A DNA stretch of 61,339 bases. It comes from Candidatus Omnitrophota bacterium (lineage in GTDB: Bacteria; Omnitrophota; Gorgyraeia; Zapsychrales; Fredricksoniimonadaceae). Of this stretch, positions 30,060 to 38,945 are shown piece after piece. How positions within the stretch are numbered: position 1 is the stretch's first letter; every line of letters begins with the position of its first letter. The notes under the pieces were generated by a model. That model was not told the DNA's origin. It saw only the letters and a list, made by a program, of their open reading frames with translations, and did not search any database. Made by a program: the position numbers and the translations under genes. The stretch covers positions 1 to 61,339 of the forward strand of contig CAILQW010000061.1 in assembly GCA_903836515.1 (NCBI GenBank), in the 5' to 3' direction.

Positions 30060-31510
30060 CAGGGCTGGTTCTTGGCTTCTTTGGCTATTTTACTGAAGAC
30101 GGGATAGAGCTTTTCCCAGATGAGCCTGGCCTGGGTGCAGTTATCCCCGTGGTAGCGCATCAGGTAGTAACGTGACAAGAGCATGTGGTAATGGTAGCGG
30201 TAGAGGAAATTCATCCACGCCTGGTCGGTTTTGGCATGGCTGGCTTCTTCCCGTGTCCAGACGCTGAACCAGCCGCGGCTATCCTTGGCGTAATCGTAGA
30301 AATACTGCCGCAGAAAAACACAGGCGAAGGCGCCGGCCAGGGCCAGGGCGAGGAGGCCGGACCATGGCCATTTTTCGGTTGTCTTGTGCAGGATGATGCC
30401 CGTGGCCAGCATGGCGAAAGGCCAGGCGCCGATGGAGCGCAGCGGGTGAGGGTTTTCGATCCATACGAGCGTGGCCGGGAAAATGCCGATGATGATATTG
30501 ATCCCCAGGAAGCCAAGGAATAGAAGTGTTGCTGTGGCAGCGGCCGGTTTGCGCTGGATAAAGCGCAACGCCATCCAGCCAAGCCCTGCCACAAGCGCGG
30601 TCACGTCGATCCAGCTCAGCATGCCCTGGTGCCCGGTCGAAAGGGTAAGATTTTTGGGAGTTCCTTTAAAGAATAGATAATCAGGGTGCAGGTGGGCGAT
30701 AAAATTCTGGATGACGATTTTAAAAAGCTCCAGCATTGTTCCGGAACTGCCGATGTCGCGCAAGTGCTCAGGGTTGGTGATGGCGACTTCCTTAAATCGT
30801 GCGGACAAAGAGGGGTGGGTGAGATAAAACCATACCAGGGGAGTGCTGGTGAGGAGAAACGCCGCGGCTAAGGCGACGAGGTGGCGGATGCGCCATTGGC
30901 GCCAGATAAGGCCGTAACACGTCATGATGAGAATGAAAAGCGGGACCTGCAGCCTGGCGGTTGGATACGAATAGGCCGCGCCCGACAAGAGCATCCCGGC
31001 CAGGATGAAGTGCCAGGATCGTTTGGCTTTCAGGCAGAAAAAAAGTCCCCAGATCAGGAAGGGGAGCATGAGCAAGGATTCCCATGAGACGCGCGAGATA
31101 GACCATATCCAGGGCGATAGGCTGGCCGCCAAAAGGATCCATAGGCCGCAGCGCAGGCCGGCGAGGTAGTACCCGATGGCAAAAAGTCCCAGCAAGCCGA
31201 TGACAACGGCAAAAGCCGTGAATCCGCGCAATGCGCCTTGGGAAAAGCCAAAGGCTTTGACCCAGAGCATGCCCGGGTACATATAGGTCGGCGGGGAGGG
31301 CGTGGCAAAGCTGTTTTCGCCGAAAAGCGGATAATGGGTATCGCCCAGCGGAGAGGCGCCTTCCTGGGCCATACAGCTTAAGGTGACACCGGCCGTCAAT
31401 TCATCGATCTGAAACCCGTCGGGCACATCACCCAGGCCGACAAAACGCAGCACATTGACACTCAGGATCAGGCTGATGAGGAGGGCAGGAAGAATGTATT
31501 TCTTTAACAT
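30059..31510 (-). CDS. GT-C fold membrane glycosyltransferase (ArnT/PMT-like)
   Basis: First loop VPDGFQIDE, multiple TM segments, SRVSWES, YSYPTAR. Confidence 0.8.
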   Translation of the reverse strand: MLKKYILPALLISLILSVNVLRFVGLGDVPDGFQIDELTAGVTLSCMAQEGASPLGDTHYPLFGENSFATPSPPTYMYPGMLWVKAFGFSQGALRGFTAFAVVIGLLGLFAIGYYLAGLRCGLWILLAASLSPWIWSISRVSWESLLMLPFLIWGLFFCLKAKRSWHFILAGMLLSGAAYSYPTARLQVPLFILIMTCYGLIWRQWRIRHLVALAAAFLLTSTPLVWFYLTHPSLSARFKEVAITNPEHLRDIGSSGTMLELFKIVIQNFIAHLHPDYLFFKGTPKNLTLSTGHQGMLSWIDVTALVAGLGWMALRFIQRKPAAATATLLFLGFLGINIIIGIFPATLVWIENPHPLRSIGAWPFAMLATGIILHKTTEKWPWSGLLALALAGAFACVFLRQYFYDYAKDSRGWFSVWTREEASHAKTDQAWMNFLYRYHYHMLLSRYYLMRYHGDNCTQARLIWEKLYPVFSKIAKEAKNQP

Positions 31511-31641
31511 ACCCTAGGGTTTTTCAAGGATGTTTTTTTGTTTATGTCTGGATGAAGTCCCATTATAAATAGAGAAGTGCCATGTGCAAGCGATTTCTGT
31601 TCAGTTCTGGCCGGGCTTCCAGGATCATCCGCAGAAAACCT

Positions 31642-31670
31642 TTGGTGATGCGCTCTCCGGCGTGTACAAT
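31642..31670 (+). promoter_or_regulatory. Putative sigma70 promoter giving a leaderless helicase mRNA
   Basis: TTGGTG-17-TACAAT, with the ATG at 31677 six nt after the -10 and no SD. Confidence 0.45.
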
Positions 31671-31676
31671 GTCCCG

Positions 31677-33023
31677 ATGGACATTGATTCCAACCGTATC
31701 CACAAGACCCCTGAGTTCATCCGCGCTTTCGGGATGTTCGAAGAAACATCGAAGCATATCTTCCTGACCGGCCGCGCCGGGACCGGGAAGTCGACGCTCC
31801 TGCAGTATTTTCGTGCCAGCACCAGGAAGAACGTCGCGGTGCTCGCCCCCACAGGGGTGGCCGCGGTCAATATCAAGGGACAGACGATCCATTCGTTCTT
31901 CAATTTCAGGCCCGACATCACGCCCGAAAGCGCCAAGACCATCCGCTTGCGCCGGGGCCAGCGCGACCTTTACCGCGGCCTGGACGCGGTGGTCATTGAC
32001 GAGGTGTCCATGGTGCGTGCGGATCTCCTCGATTGTGTGGATGCTTTTTTGCGGCATAACGGCCCGGACAAGAAGAAGCCTTTTGGCGGCATACAGATGG
32101 TCCTGGTCGGCGACCTGCACCAGCTGCCGCCCGTGGTGACCAGTGCCGAGCGCGAAATATTTGCCGAACATTATCCCAGCCCTTATTTCTTCGATGCCCG
32201 TGTTTTCATGGAGTGCGGCTTCGAACTGCTGGAACTTGAAAAAGTCTACCGGCAGACCGAGGACAGGTTTATCCGGCTGTTGAACGCTGTGCGCGATAAT
32301 ACAGTGGATGGGGAGGATATGACCCTTTTGAACGCGCGCTGTCACCCGGACTTTGAGCCGTCCCACGGGGATTTTTATGTGTACCTGACCACGACCAATG
32401 ACCTGGCGGATAATATCAACCGCGTGCGCCTGGCCGCGACCAGGGGCAAGGCCTATACTTACGGCGGCGAGGTGAGCGGGGCGTTTGAGAAAAAGAACTT
32501 GCCGACGCATGAAGAGCTTCAGCTGAAGTCCGGGGCCCAGGTCATGCTGTTAAACAACGACCCTTTGGGCCGCTGGGTGAACGGGTCGATCGGACAGGTC
32601 CTGAGTGTGATCCATGGTGTTAGCGACGGCGAGGATGCGGTGTGCGTGCGCCTGGCGGACGGGCAGGAGGTGGAGGTGACCCCCTTTACCTGGGAGATGT
32701 TCCGTTTTGTGTATGACAAGGAGCTGGCGCGTGTAGATTCCCAAAGCGTGGGGTCATTCCGGCAGTACCCTCTGCGTCTGGCCTGGGCAGTTACCATTCA
32801 CAAGTCGCAGGGCAAGACGTTTCCGAAAGTTATCATTGATGTCGGGAGAGGTACATTTTCTCACGGGCAGACCTATGTGGCCCTGTCTCGCTGTACCACC
32901 CTGGAAGGCATTGTGCTCAAGCGGCCGATCCTGCGGCATCATATCATCCTTGATCCGCGTATCAGGGGGTTTGTGGAAAACTTTAAAAAAAAGATGCGGA
33001 ATCAGCATCTTGTTCTAGAATAA
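31677..33023 (+). CDS. PIF1-family (SF1B) DNA helicase
   Basis: TGRAGTGKST, APTGVAA, TIHSFF, IDEVSMV, GDLHQLPPV, VYRQ, AWAVTIHKSQG, YVALSR. Alternative GTG start at 31584. Confidence 0.92.
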   Translation: MDIDSNRIHKTPEFIRAFGMFEETSKHIFLTGRAGTGKSTLLQYFRASTRKNVAVLAPTGVAAVNIKGQTIHSFFNFRPDITPESAKTIRLRRGQRDLYRGLDAVVIDEVSMVRADLLDCVDAFLRHNGPDKKKPFGGIQMVLVGDLHQLPPVVTSAEREIFAEHYPSPYFFDARVFMECGFELLELEKVYRQTEDRFIRLLNAVRDNTVDGEDMTLLNARCHPDFEPSHGDFYVYLTTTNDLADNINRVRLAATRGKAYTYGGEVSGAFEKKNLPTHEELQLKSGAQVMLLNNDPLGRWVNGSIGQVLSVIHGVSDGEDAVCVRLADGQEVEVTPFTWEMFRFVYDKELARVDSQSVGSFRQYPLRLAWAVTIHKSQGKTFPKVIIDVGRGTFSHGQTYVALSRCTTLEGIVLKRPILRHHIILDPRIRGFVENFKKKMRNQHLVLE

Positions 33024-33052
33024 ATGAGACGTATTATAAATAAGTCAGTAAC

Positions 33053-33841
33053 ATGGAGATGTTTATGCCCAAGAAAATACTTATAGCCGACGACGAGCCC
33101 ACAGTCGTTGCCTTGGCCCGCCAGAAACTCGAAGAGCAGGGGTATGAGGTGAAGACCGCGCGTAATGGCAAAGAGGCCTGGGATATCATGCAGAACGGAC
33201 CGGTGGACCTGGTCGTGACGGACGTTGTCATGCCGGTCATGGACGGCGTTGATCTTTACAAGGAGATCAAGAAGGACCCGCGCCTGGCGGATATCCCCAT
33301 CGTGATCATTACGGATAACCGGATCTTCCGGGAATCTTTCCAGACGCTGGGGGTTGAGCACTTTCTGCCCAAGCCGCTTGATTCGGAAAAACTTGTCCAT
33401 AAAGTGGAATACATCTTCACTTGCGCGGAACTGGAGCGCAAAAACAAGCAGGCCCTTATTCTTGGCGCCAATCCGGACGTCAACAAGGACATGGTCCGTA
33501 TCTTTCAGGAACAGGGCTGTATTGTCGGTACCAGCACGGATCCTATCGAGTTCATTTCCAACTGCCTCATCCTTCTGCCCAGGGCGGTGATGATCGATGT
33601 CCTGGTGAAAGGCGATGTGCCAAGCCGTGATATTATCCGGGCCTTGCGCTGTTTTACACGCCTGAGCAGTATGGATATCCTGGTCTTTACCCAATTTGCC
33701 CCTGAAGATATCGGGAGCATGCAGGGCATCGAGGAGCTTCGTCAGGCCAAGAACGATTGCATGGAAGCGGGGGCGACCAAGTATATCGGACGCTTTACGC
33801 CCGCTACATTCTGGGAGATGGTCAAGGACAAAATTAACTGA
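33053..33841 (+). CDS. Response regulator with a canonical receiver and a second degenerate receiver, no output domain
   Basis: ILIADDE, VVTDVVMPVMDG, FLPKP. Second alpha/beta unit with VMIDVL and GATKYI. Start may be 33065. Confidence 0.8.
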   Translation: MEMFMPKKILIADDEPTVVALARQKLEEQGYEVKTARNGKEAWDIMQNGPVDLVVTDVVMPVMDGVDLYKEIKKDPRLADIPIVIITDNRIFRESFQTLGVEHFLPKPLDSEKLVHKVEYIFTCAELERKNKQALILGANPDVNKDMVRIFQEQGCIVGTSTDPIEFISNCLILLPRAVMIDVLVKGDVPSRDIIRALRCFTRLSSMDILVFTQFAPEDIGSMQGIEELRQAKNDCMEAGATKYIGRFTPATFWEMVKDKIN

Positions 33842-34946
33842 GTTCTTCGCACACAACCAGGGCCGCGCGGCGGCTGGCTCCGGGGGCGCCCAGCAGGTCT
33901 TTGACGCGGGATAGTTCCCGGCGGAGGGTGTCTGAGGGATCAAGTGTTTTTAATGTTTCCCAGGCGATTTGCCGGGGGGACGCGTTATTCTGCAGCAATT
34001 CTTCCACGATCTTTTTTCCCGCCACAATGTTTACCAGGGCAATGCAGGGGATCCTGACCAGGAGCCGGGCCAGAAACCAGGTGAGCCAGGACGTTTTGTA
34101 TACAACCACCATAGGCTTGCCCATGAGCGCGGTTTCGAGCGTGGCGGTTCCTGAGCAGACGATCCCGCTGTCACAGGCACCCAGCGCATTGTAATAATCT
34201 TCGGATATTTTGAGCCCTTCAGGAGCGCGGGGCATCCAGGGGGTGAAAATGCCCTGGGCAAGGCTCTTGGCCTTGAGGAGGATGAACTGTGTTTCCGGGC
34301 GTTGCTGTTGGATGAGGCGGGCTGCATCCAGCATGACAGGCAGGTGCCGCGAGATTTCCTTGGCGCGCGATCCGGGCAGAAGGGCAATGACAGGCTTTTG
34401 GGTATCAAGGCCGCTCTGTGCCAGGAAGGCGTCGCGGGGGGTGTCGCTGTGGACTTCATCCACCAGGGGATGGCCGACAATGTCAGCGGCATAGCCATGG
34501 CGGGCGTAAAGATCCTTTTCAAAAGGGAAGAGCACCATCATCCGGTCGACCGAGCGTTTCACCGCCTCGACACGGGATTCTTTCCAGGCCCACACCTGGG
34601 GGCTGATGTAATAGATGACCTTGATCCCGTCTTTTTTGAGTTCCCTGGCCAGGCGGAGGTTGAAGCCCGGATAATCCACAAGGATCGCCGCGTTCGGGCG
34701 TTCCGTGCGGGCGTGTTCCAGGGTCAGGTCGAACACGCGTTTCAGGCGGGCAAGGTTCTTGATGACTTCGCTGAAGCCGATGACCGCAAGTTCCGTGATG
34801 TCCGTAAATGTGGCCACACCGGCGCGCCGGCATCGCTCGCCGCCGATACCGATGAAACGGGTGCCGGGGCACAGCGCCGTGATCTCGCGCACAAGAGCTG
34901 CCGCGCGCATGTCGCCGGATTCCTCGCCGGCAACGATCAGGATCAT
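33834..34946 (-). CDS. lpxB: Lipid-A-disaccharide synthase
   Basis: IVAGEESGD, LVDYPGFNLRLA, YYISPQVWAW, VGHPL, LLPGSR.KE, SGTATLE. Start 34946 (ATGA overlap) or 34964. Confidence 0.93.
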   Translation of the reverse strand: MILIVAGEESGDMRAAALVREITALCPGTRFIGIGGERCRRAGVATFTDITELAVIGFSEVIKNLARLKRVFDLTLEHARTERPNAAILVDYPGFNLRLARELKKDGIKVIYYISPQVWAWKESRVEAVKRSVDRMMVLFPFEKDLYARHGYAADIVGHPLVDEVHSDTPRDAFLAQSGLDTQKPVIALLPGSRAKEISRHLPVMLDAARLIQQQRPETQFILLKAKSLAQGIFTPWMPRAPEGLKISEDYYNALGACDSGIVCSGTATLETALMGKPMVVVYKTSWLTWFLARLLVRIPCIALVNIVAGKKIVEELLQNNASPRQIAWETLKTLDPSDTLRRELSRVKDLLGAPGASRRAALVVCEELS

Positions 34947-35872
34947 TTGAGGTGCTCGGACCATATGATGTTCTGGATGTCGAGGGCTGTTTTGAGGGCG
35001 TCCCGGCCTTCCGTTCCGGAAACCAGGGGTTTTTTGTCTTCGCGGATACATTCAAGGAAATGCGCGAGTTCGCGCCGCAGAGGTTCTTCTTTTTCAATGG
35101 GCAAAGCTGTGCGGGTGATCGTCGTGCCGTCCTTGCGATAGATGAACGCTTCCTGCTTGACGTAGTCGAGGGAAATGTAGGCATTAGGGATAAAGATGCG
35201 TATCTTGCGCATCACTTCCGGAGAAACGCGGCTGGCGGTCAGGTTGCACACCGAGCGGTTGGCAAAGGTCAGGCGCACGTTGGCGATGTCGTCCTTGGAT
35301 GTCAGGACATTGATGCCGATGGCCTGGATATCGGCCAAAGGCGCGTTGATGAGCCCCTGGACAATGTCGATATCATGGATCATCAGGTCCATCACAACCC
35401 CGATGTCGAGCGAACGGTTGGGGAATTTATTCAGGCGGTGGCATTCGATGAACAGGGCGTCGCGCGCAATGTCCTTGATGGCCTGGAAGGCGCTGTTGAA
35501 GCGTTCGATATGCCCGACCTGGAGCTTGACGTTGTGCTCGCGAGCGGCGTTAACAAGGAGGTCGGCCTCGTCAATGTTCATGGCGATGGGCTTTTCAATG
35601 AGCGTATGGATACCTGCGTTAAGGCATAAAAGGCCTGTGGCGCCATGGTTGGTGGTGGGCGTGCAGATGCTGACCGCTTCCGCCTTGCCGATCAGATCCC
35701 TGGCATCCGGGAAGAATGTGGTGTGGTATTCGCGCGCGAGTTTTTGCCCGGCGTCTTTGTCGAGATCCGAGATCCCGACGAGCTCAGCCTGGTCCCGCAT
35801 TTGGTGGTACGTTTTGAGGTGACGGGAACCCAGATGGCCCACACCGATCACAGCGACTTTTATTTTTTTCAT
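34943..35872 (-). CDS. Gfo/Idh/MocA oxidoreductase (GnnA-like by context)
   Basis: VAVIGVGHLG, LIEKPIA, VGHIERFN, DLMIHDID. Translationally coupled to lpxB. Confidence 0.88.
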   Translation of the reverse strand: MKKIKVAVIGVGHLGSRHLKTYHQMRDQAELVGISDLDKDAGQKLAREYHTTFFPDARDLIGKAEAVSICTPTTNHGATGLLCLNAGIHTLIEKPIAMNIDEADLLVNAAREHNVKLQVGHIERFNSAFQAIKDIARDALFIECHRLNKFPNRSLDIGVVMDLMIHDIDIVQGLINAPLADIQAIGINVLTSKDDIANVRLTFANRSVCNLTASRVSPEVMRKIRIFIPNAYISLDYVKQEAFIYRKDGTTITRTALPIEKEEPLRRELAHFLECIREDKKPLVSGTEGRDALKTALDIQNIIWSEHLK

Positions 35873-35880
35873 AGGTTTTC

Positions 35881-35909
35881 AGGATAACAAAGCCCCCCTT
35901 AAAAGTCAA
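35881..35909 (-). promoter_or_regulatory. Putative sigma70 promoter, near-leaderless
   Basis: Minus strand TTGACT-17-TATCCT, with the ATG 8 nt after the -10. Confidence 0.55.
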
Positions 35910-35941
35910 ACCCCGTGGGGGAATGTTTTAAATGAAACTTC

Positions 35942-36054
35942 CCCAAGGTCGGCGGTATATCTTGCTGCTCAGACAGCAGAAACAGCTTTTTCAAAAAGAT
36001 ATTGGGGTAAGCTTGGTTTCTGAACTCGCATCAAGACATGCCGCCAACCTTGGG
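35942..36054. repeat. Structured palindromic intergenic element, copy A
   Basis: Shares identical 32-nt and 22-nt arms with 38068-38137, separated by a different 16-nt loop. Outer stem CCCAAGGT..GGCGG / CCGCC..ACCTTGGG. Confidence 0.85.
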
Positions 36055-36106
36055 TTGTTATGTTCTATGGCATGGCAGCTTTCATCAACATGTTAAGTTT
36101 TTTTAT

Positions 36107-36150
36107 TTGACTTGAGAATGCCGGGTGCTATTATGAACCATGGTTCATAA
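36107..36150 (+). promoter_or_regulatory. Promoter plus perfect 20-bp palindromic operator for the DUF134-acr3-arsC operon
   Basis: TTGACT-16-TATTAT with extended TG. TTATGAACCATGGTTCATAA at 36131-36150 overlaps the -10 and start site. Confidence 0.7.
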
Positions 36151-36164
36151 AAGGAAGGGCCGTC

Positions 36165-36479
36165 ATGAGACCCCAAAAGACCAGATGGGTGAAGTGCCTG
36201 CCGGGGGAGAGATGTTTTCGTCCCAAAGGCAGGAAGTCCGTTGATCCGCAAGATGTGTGTCTGACCATCGATGAATTCGAGGCGCTGCGCCTGTCTGACC
36301 TTGAGGGGCTGACACATGCCCAGGCGGCCGGGTTGATGAAGGTGTCGCGCCCGACGTTTACCCGCATTCTTATGGCGGCGCATCACAAGGTTGCTGACAG
36401 TCTTGTCAATATCAAGTCGATACGTATCGAGGGCGGCTGTTGCAGCATCGGCACAGCCTCCGTCAAGGGGAGGTTATGA
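36165..36479 (+). CDS. DUF134-family HTH protein
   Basis: MRP.K.R.V...P...[19 protein letters not shown]...AA..M.VSRPTF.RIL..A..KVA..LV....IRIEGG. Confidence 0.88.
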   Translation: MRPQKTRWVKCLPGERCFRPKGRKSVDPQDVCLTIDEFEALRLSDLEGLTHAQAAGLMKVSRPTFTRILMAAHHKVADSLVNIKSIRIEGGCCSIGTASVKGRL

Positions 36480-37537
36480 TGAAAGGGAAGAAAGAATTGT
36501 CGTTCCTGGACCGGTATTTGACGCTATGGATTTTTTTGGCCATGGGGGTCGGGGTGGGGGTTGGTTTCTGGTTCCCAGGCACGGCGGGCTTTTGGAATCA
36601 GTTTGATTCCGGGTCTACGAATATTCCTATTGCCATCGGGCTGGTCCTCATGATGTATCCGCCGTTGGCCAAGGTGAAATATGAGGAATTGGGGGATGTG
36701 TTTCGGGATTACAAGGTTCTTTTCCTTTCCCTTGTCCAGAACTGGGTGATAGGCCCGGTATTCATGTTTATTCTGGCCATCGTATTTCTGCGCGGTTACC
36801 CGGAATATATGGTGGGCCTGATCCTGATCGGGCTTGCCCGCTGTATTGCCATGGTCATTGTATGGAATGATCTTGCCGACGGGGACGGTGAATATTGCGC
36901 GGGGCTTGTGGCGTTCAATGCCGTTTTTCAGGTGCTGTTCTTCTCGGTTTATGCCTGGGTATTCATCACCATCCTGCCGGCCTGGTTTGGCTTGAAGGGG
37001 GTTGTGGTGCCTGTAACGATCCTTGAGATCGCCCAGAGTGTTTTTATTTATTTGGGGATCCCTTTTCTGGCAGGGATGTTCTCCAGGTTTGTCCTGCTCA
37101 AGATCAAGGGACGGGGGTGGTATGAGGATGTTTTTATCCCGCGCATCAGTCCGATCACCTTGACCGCACTTCTTTTTACGATCTTCGTCATGTTCTCTAT
37201 TAAAGGCGAATATATTGTGAAGATCCCCATGGATGTCTTTCGTATCGCGGTGCCATTATTGATCTATTTTCTGGTGATGTTTTTTGTTTCTTTCTGGATG
37301 AGCCTTAAAGCCGGGGCGCATTACGGCAGATGCGTGACATTGTCTTTCACGGCGGCCAGCAATAATTTTGAACTGGCCATAGCCGTGGCCATCGCCGTGT
37401 TCGGGATTAATTCGGGGGTGGCGTTTGCGGCCGTCATCGGGCCATTGATCGAGGTGCCGGTGATGCTGCTTTTGGTCAATGTGGCCATGAAACTCAAGAA
37501 AAGTGTCAAAGAGATTCAATCTTCTACCGGTTCTTAA
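36476..37537 (+). CDS. acr3: ACR3-family arsenite efflux permease
   Basis: [60 protein letters not shown]. Confidence 0.95.
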   Translation: MMKGKKELSFLDRYLTLWIFLAMGVGVGVGFWFPGTAGFWNQFDSGSTNIPIAIGLVLMMYPPLAKVKYEELGDVFRDYKVLFLSLVQNWVIGPVFMFILAIVFLRGYPEYMVGLILIGLARCIAMVIVWNDLADGDGEYCAGLVAFNAVFQVLFFSVYAWVFITILPAWFGLKGVVVPVTILEIAQSVFIYLGIPFLAGMFSRFVLLKIKGRGWYEDVFIPRISPITLTALLFTIFVMFSIKGEYIVKIPMDVFRIAVPLLIYFLVMFFVSFWMSLKAGAHYGRCVTLSFTAASNNFELAIAVAIAVFGINSGVAFAAVIGPLIEVPVMLLLVNVAMKLKKSVKEIQSSTGS

Positions 37538-37556
37538 GGCTTGCGGCATGCCTTGC
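37519..37556. repeat. Truncated left end of the palindromic element, supplying the acr3 stop
   Basis: 34/38 nt identical to 38035-38072. Confidence 0.75.
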
Positions 37557-37615
37557 GGCATAGACAGCGGGAAAGATATTTTTAAACCAGGGATCTGTTA
37601 CAGAAAGGGTATGTT

Positions 37616-38053
37616 ATGTCCAGGCAGAAAGTTTTATTTGTGTGCATCCATAATTCGGCGCGCAGTCAGATGGCCGAGGAAATGCTGCGGCAGCTCGGCG
37701 GCGACAGATTTGATGTGGAGAGCGCCGGGATCGAGCCGGGGAAGCTTAATCCTGTTGTTGTCGAAGTCTTAAAGGAAGTCGACATAGATATCGCCGGCAA
37801 GAAGACGCAGGCTGTTATGGATCTTTTGAAACAAGGACGGCTTTACAGTTATGTCATCACGGTGTGTGATGAAACCAGCGCCGAACGCTGTCCTGTATTC
37901 CCGGGCCATGCCAAGCGCCTGCATTGGGGGTTTACGGATCCATCCAAATTTGAAGGGACATGGGACGAGAAGTTAAAGCAAACACGCGCGGTCCGCGATC
38001 AGATCAGGGACAAGATCCAGGCATGGCTGGGGGTATCTTCTACTGGTTCTTAA
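37616..38053 (+). CDS. arsC: Arsenate reductase, LMW-PTP/thioredoxin type
   Basis: FVCIHNSARSQMAE, ITVCD...CPVFPG, HWGFTDP. Confidence 0.93.
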   Translation: MSRQKVLFVCIHNSARSQMAEEMLRQLGGDRFDVESAGIEPGKLNPVVVEVLKEVDIDIAGKKTQAVMDLLKQGRLYSYVITVCDETSAERCPVFPGHAKRLHWGFTDPSKFEGTWDEKLKQTRAVRDQIRDKIQAWLGVSSTGS

Positions 38054-38168
38054 GTCTTCCGGCATACCTTGCTGCTCAGACAGCAGAAACAGCTTTTTCT
38101 AGAAAGAAGCAAAGAAAGCTTGGTTTCTGAACTCGCAGTCAAGGTATGCCTTCAGCCTTAAACCAGTA
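38035..38168. repeat. Structured palindromic intergenic element, copy C, supplying the arsC stop
   Basis: Nested stems TACTGGTT/AACCAGTA, GGCATACCTTG/CAAGGTATGCC, CAGAAAC/GTTTCTG, AGCTT/AAGCT. Confidence 0.85.
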
Positions 38169-38255
38169 AAAACTTTTCAAGTCATGGATATGCTAAATGC
38201 TTTTGACGGGAGCCCCTTGTTTCTGGTAATATGACGGCTAGTTACAGGTAAATAT

Positions 38256-38945
38256 ATGAAAAAAAGAATATTGATTGTCGAGGATGAGAAGGATATCGCC
38301 CGGTTGATCCAGTACAATCTGGATAAGGCCGGCTTTATGTGCGACACGGCGGGTTCGGGCGAGGATGCTCTGGCCGCCCTGGCGCGCAAGGGGTTTGATC
38401 TTCTCCTGCTCGATGTCATGCTGCCGGGACTTGACGGGCTTGAGGTGTGCCGCCGTATCCGGCAGGACGCGCGTCTGGCAGCCCTTCCGGTCATCATGCT
38501 GACAGCCAAAGGCGAAGAAGTGGATCGTATTGTCGGCCTTGAATTGGGGGCTGAGGATTATATTGTCAAGCCGTTCAGCCCGCGCGAACTCGTGCTGCGT
38601 GTCAAGGCTGTCCTCCGGCGGCAGGCGTCTGTGGGAAACGCGGATGTGCTGCGCTCCGGGGAGTTGATACTGGACAAGGCGCGGCACAAGGTTACGGTGG
38701 AGGGGCGTGAGATCGTGCTCACGGCCATGGAGTTTAGATTTTTGGCGCTTTTGATGGGGCGGCCGGGCCGTATCCAGTCCCGGGAGGTCCTGTTGAATGA
38801 TGTCTGGGGCATTGACGCGGATGTCTATACACGCACGGTGGATACCCATGTCCGCCGCCTGCGTTCCAAACTGGGGACTGCCGGAGCCATGATCGAAACG
38901 GTCATTGGCGCAGGCTACCGTTTCAGGCAGGATGATGAAAATTAA
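38256..38945 (+). CDS. phoB: PhoB/PhoP-type OmpR-family response regulator
   Basis: Receiver (VEDE, LDVMLPG, KPFSPREL) plus winged helix (RTVDTHVRRLRSKL). Coupled to a PhoR-type kinase, with pst genes nearby. Confidence 0.85.
   Translation: MKKRILIVEDEKDIARLIQYNLDKAGFMCDTAGSGEDALAALARKGFDLLLLDVMLPGLDGLEVCRRIRQDARLAALPVIMLTAKGEEVDRIVGLELGAEDYIVKPFSPRELVLRVKAVLRRQASVGNADVLRSGELILDKARHKVTVEGREIVLTAMEFRFLALLMGRPGRIQSREVLLNDVWGIDADVYTRTVDTHVRRLRSKLGTAGAMIETVIGAGYRFRQDDEN

Noticed and set aside
35942-38168. Integron attC sites
   Set aside because: Length and position after ORFs are suggestive, but I cannot find RYYYAAC/GTTRRRY core sites at the ends and no integrase is present.
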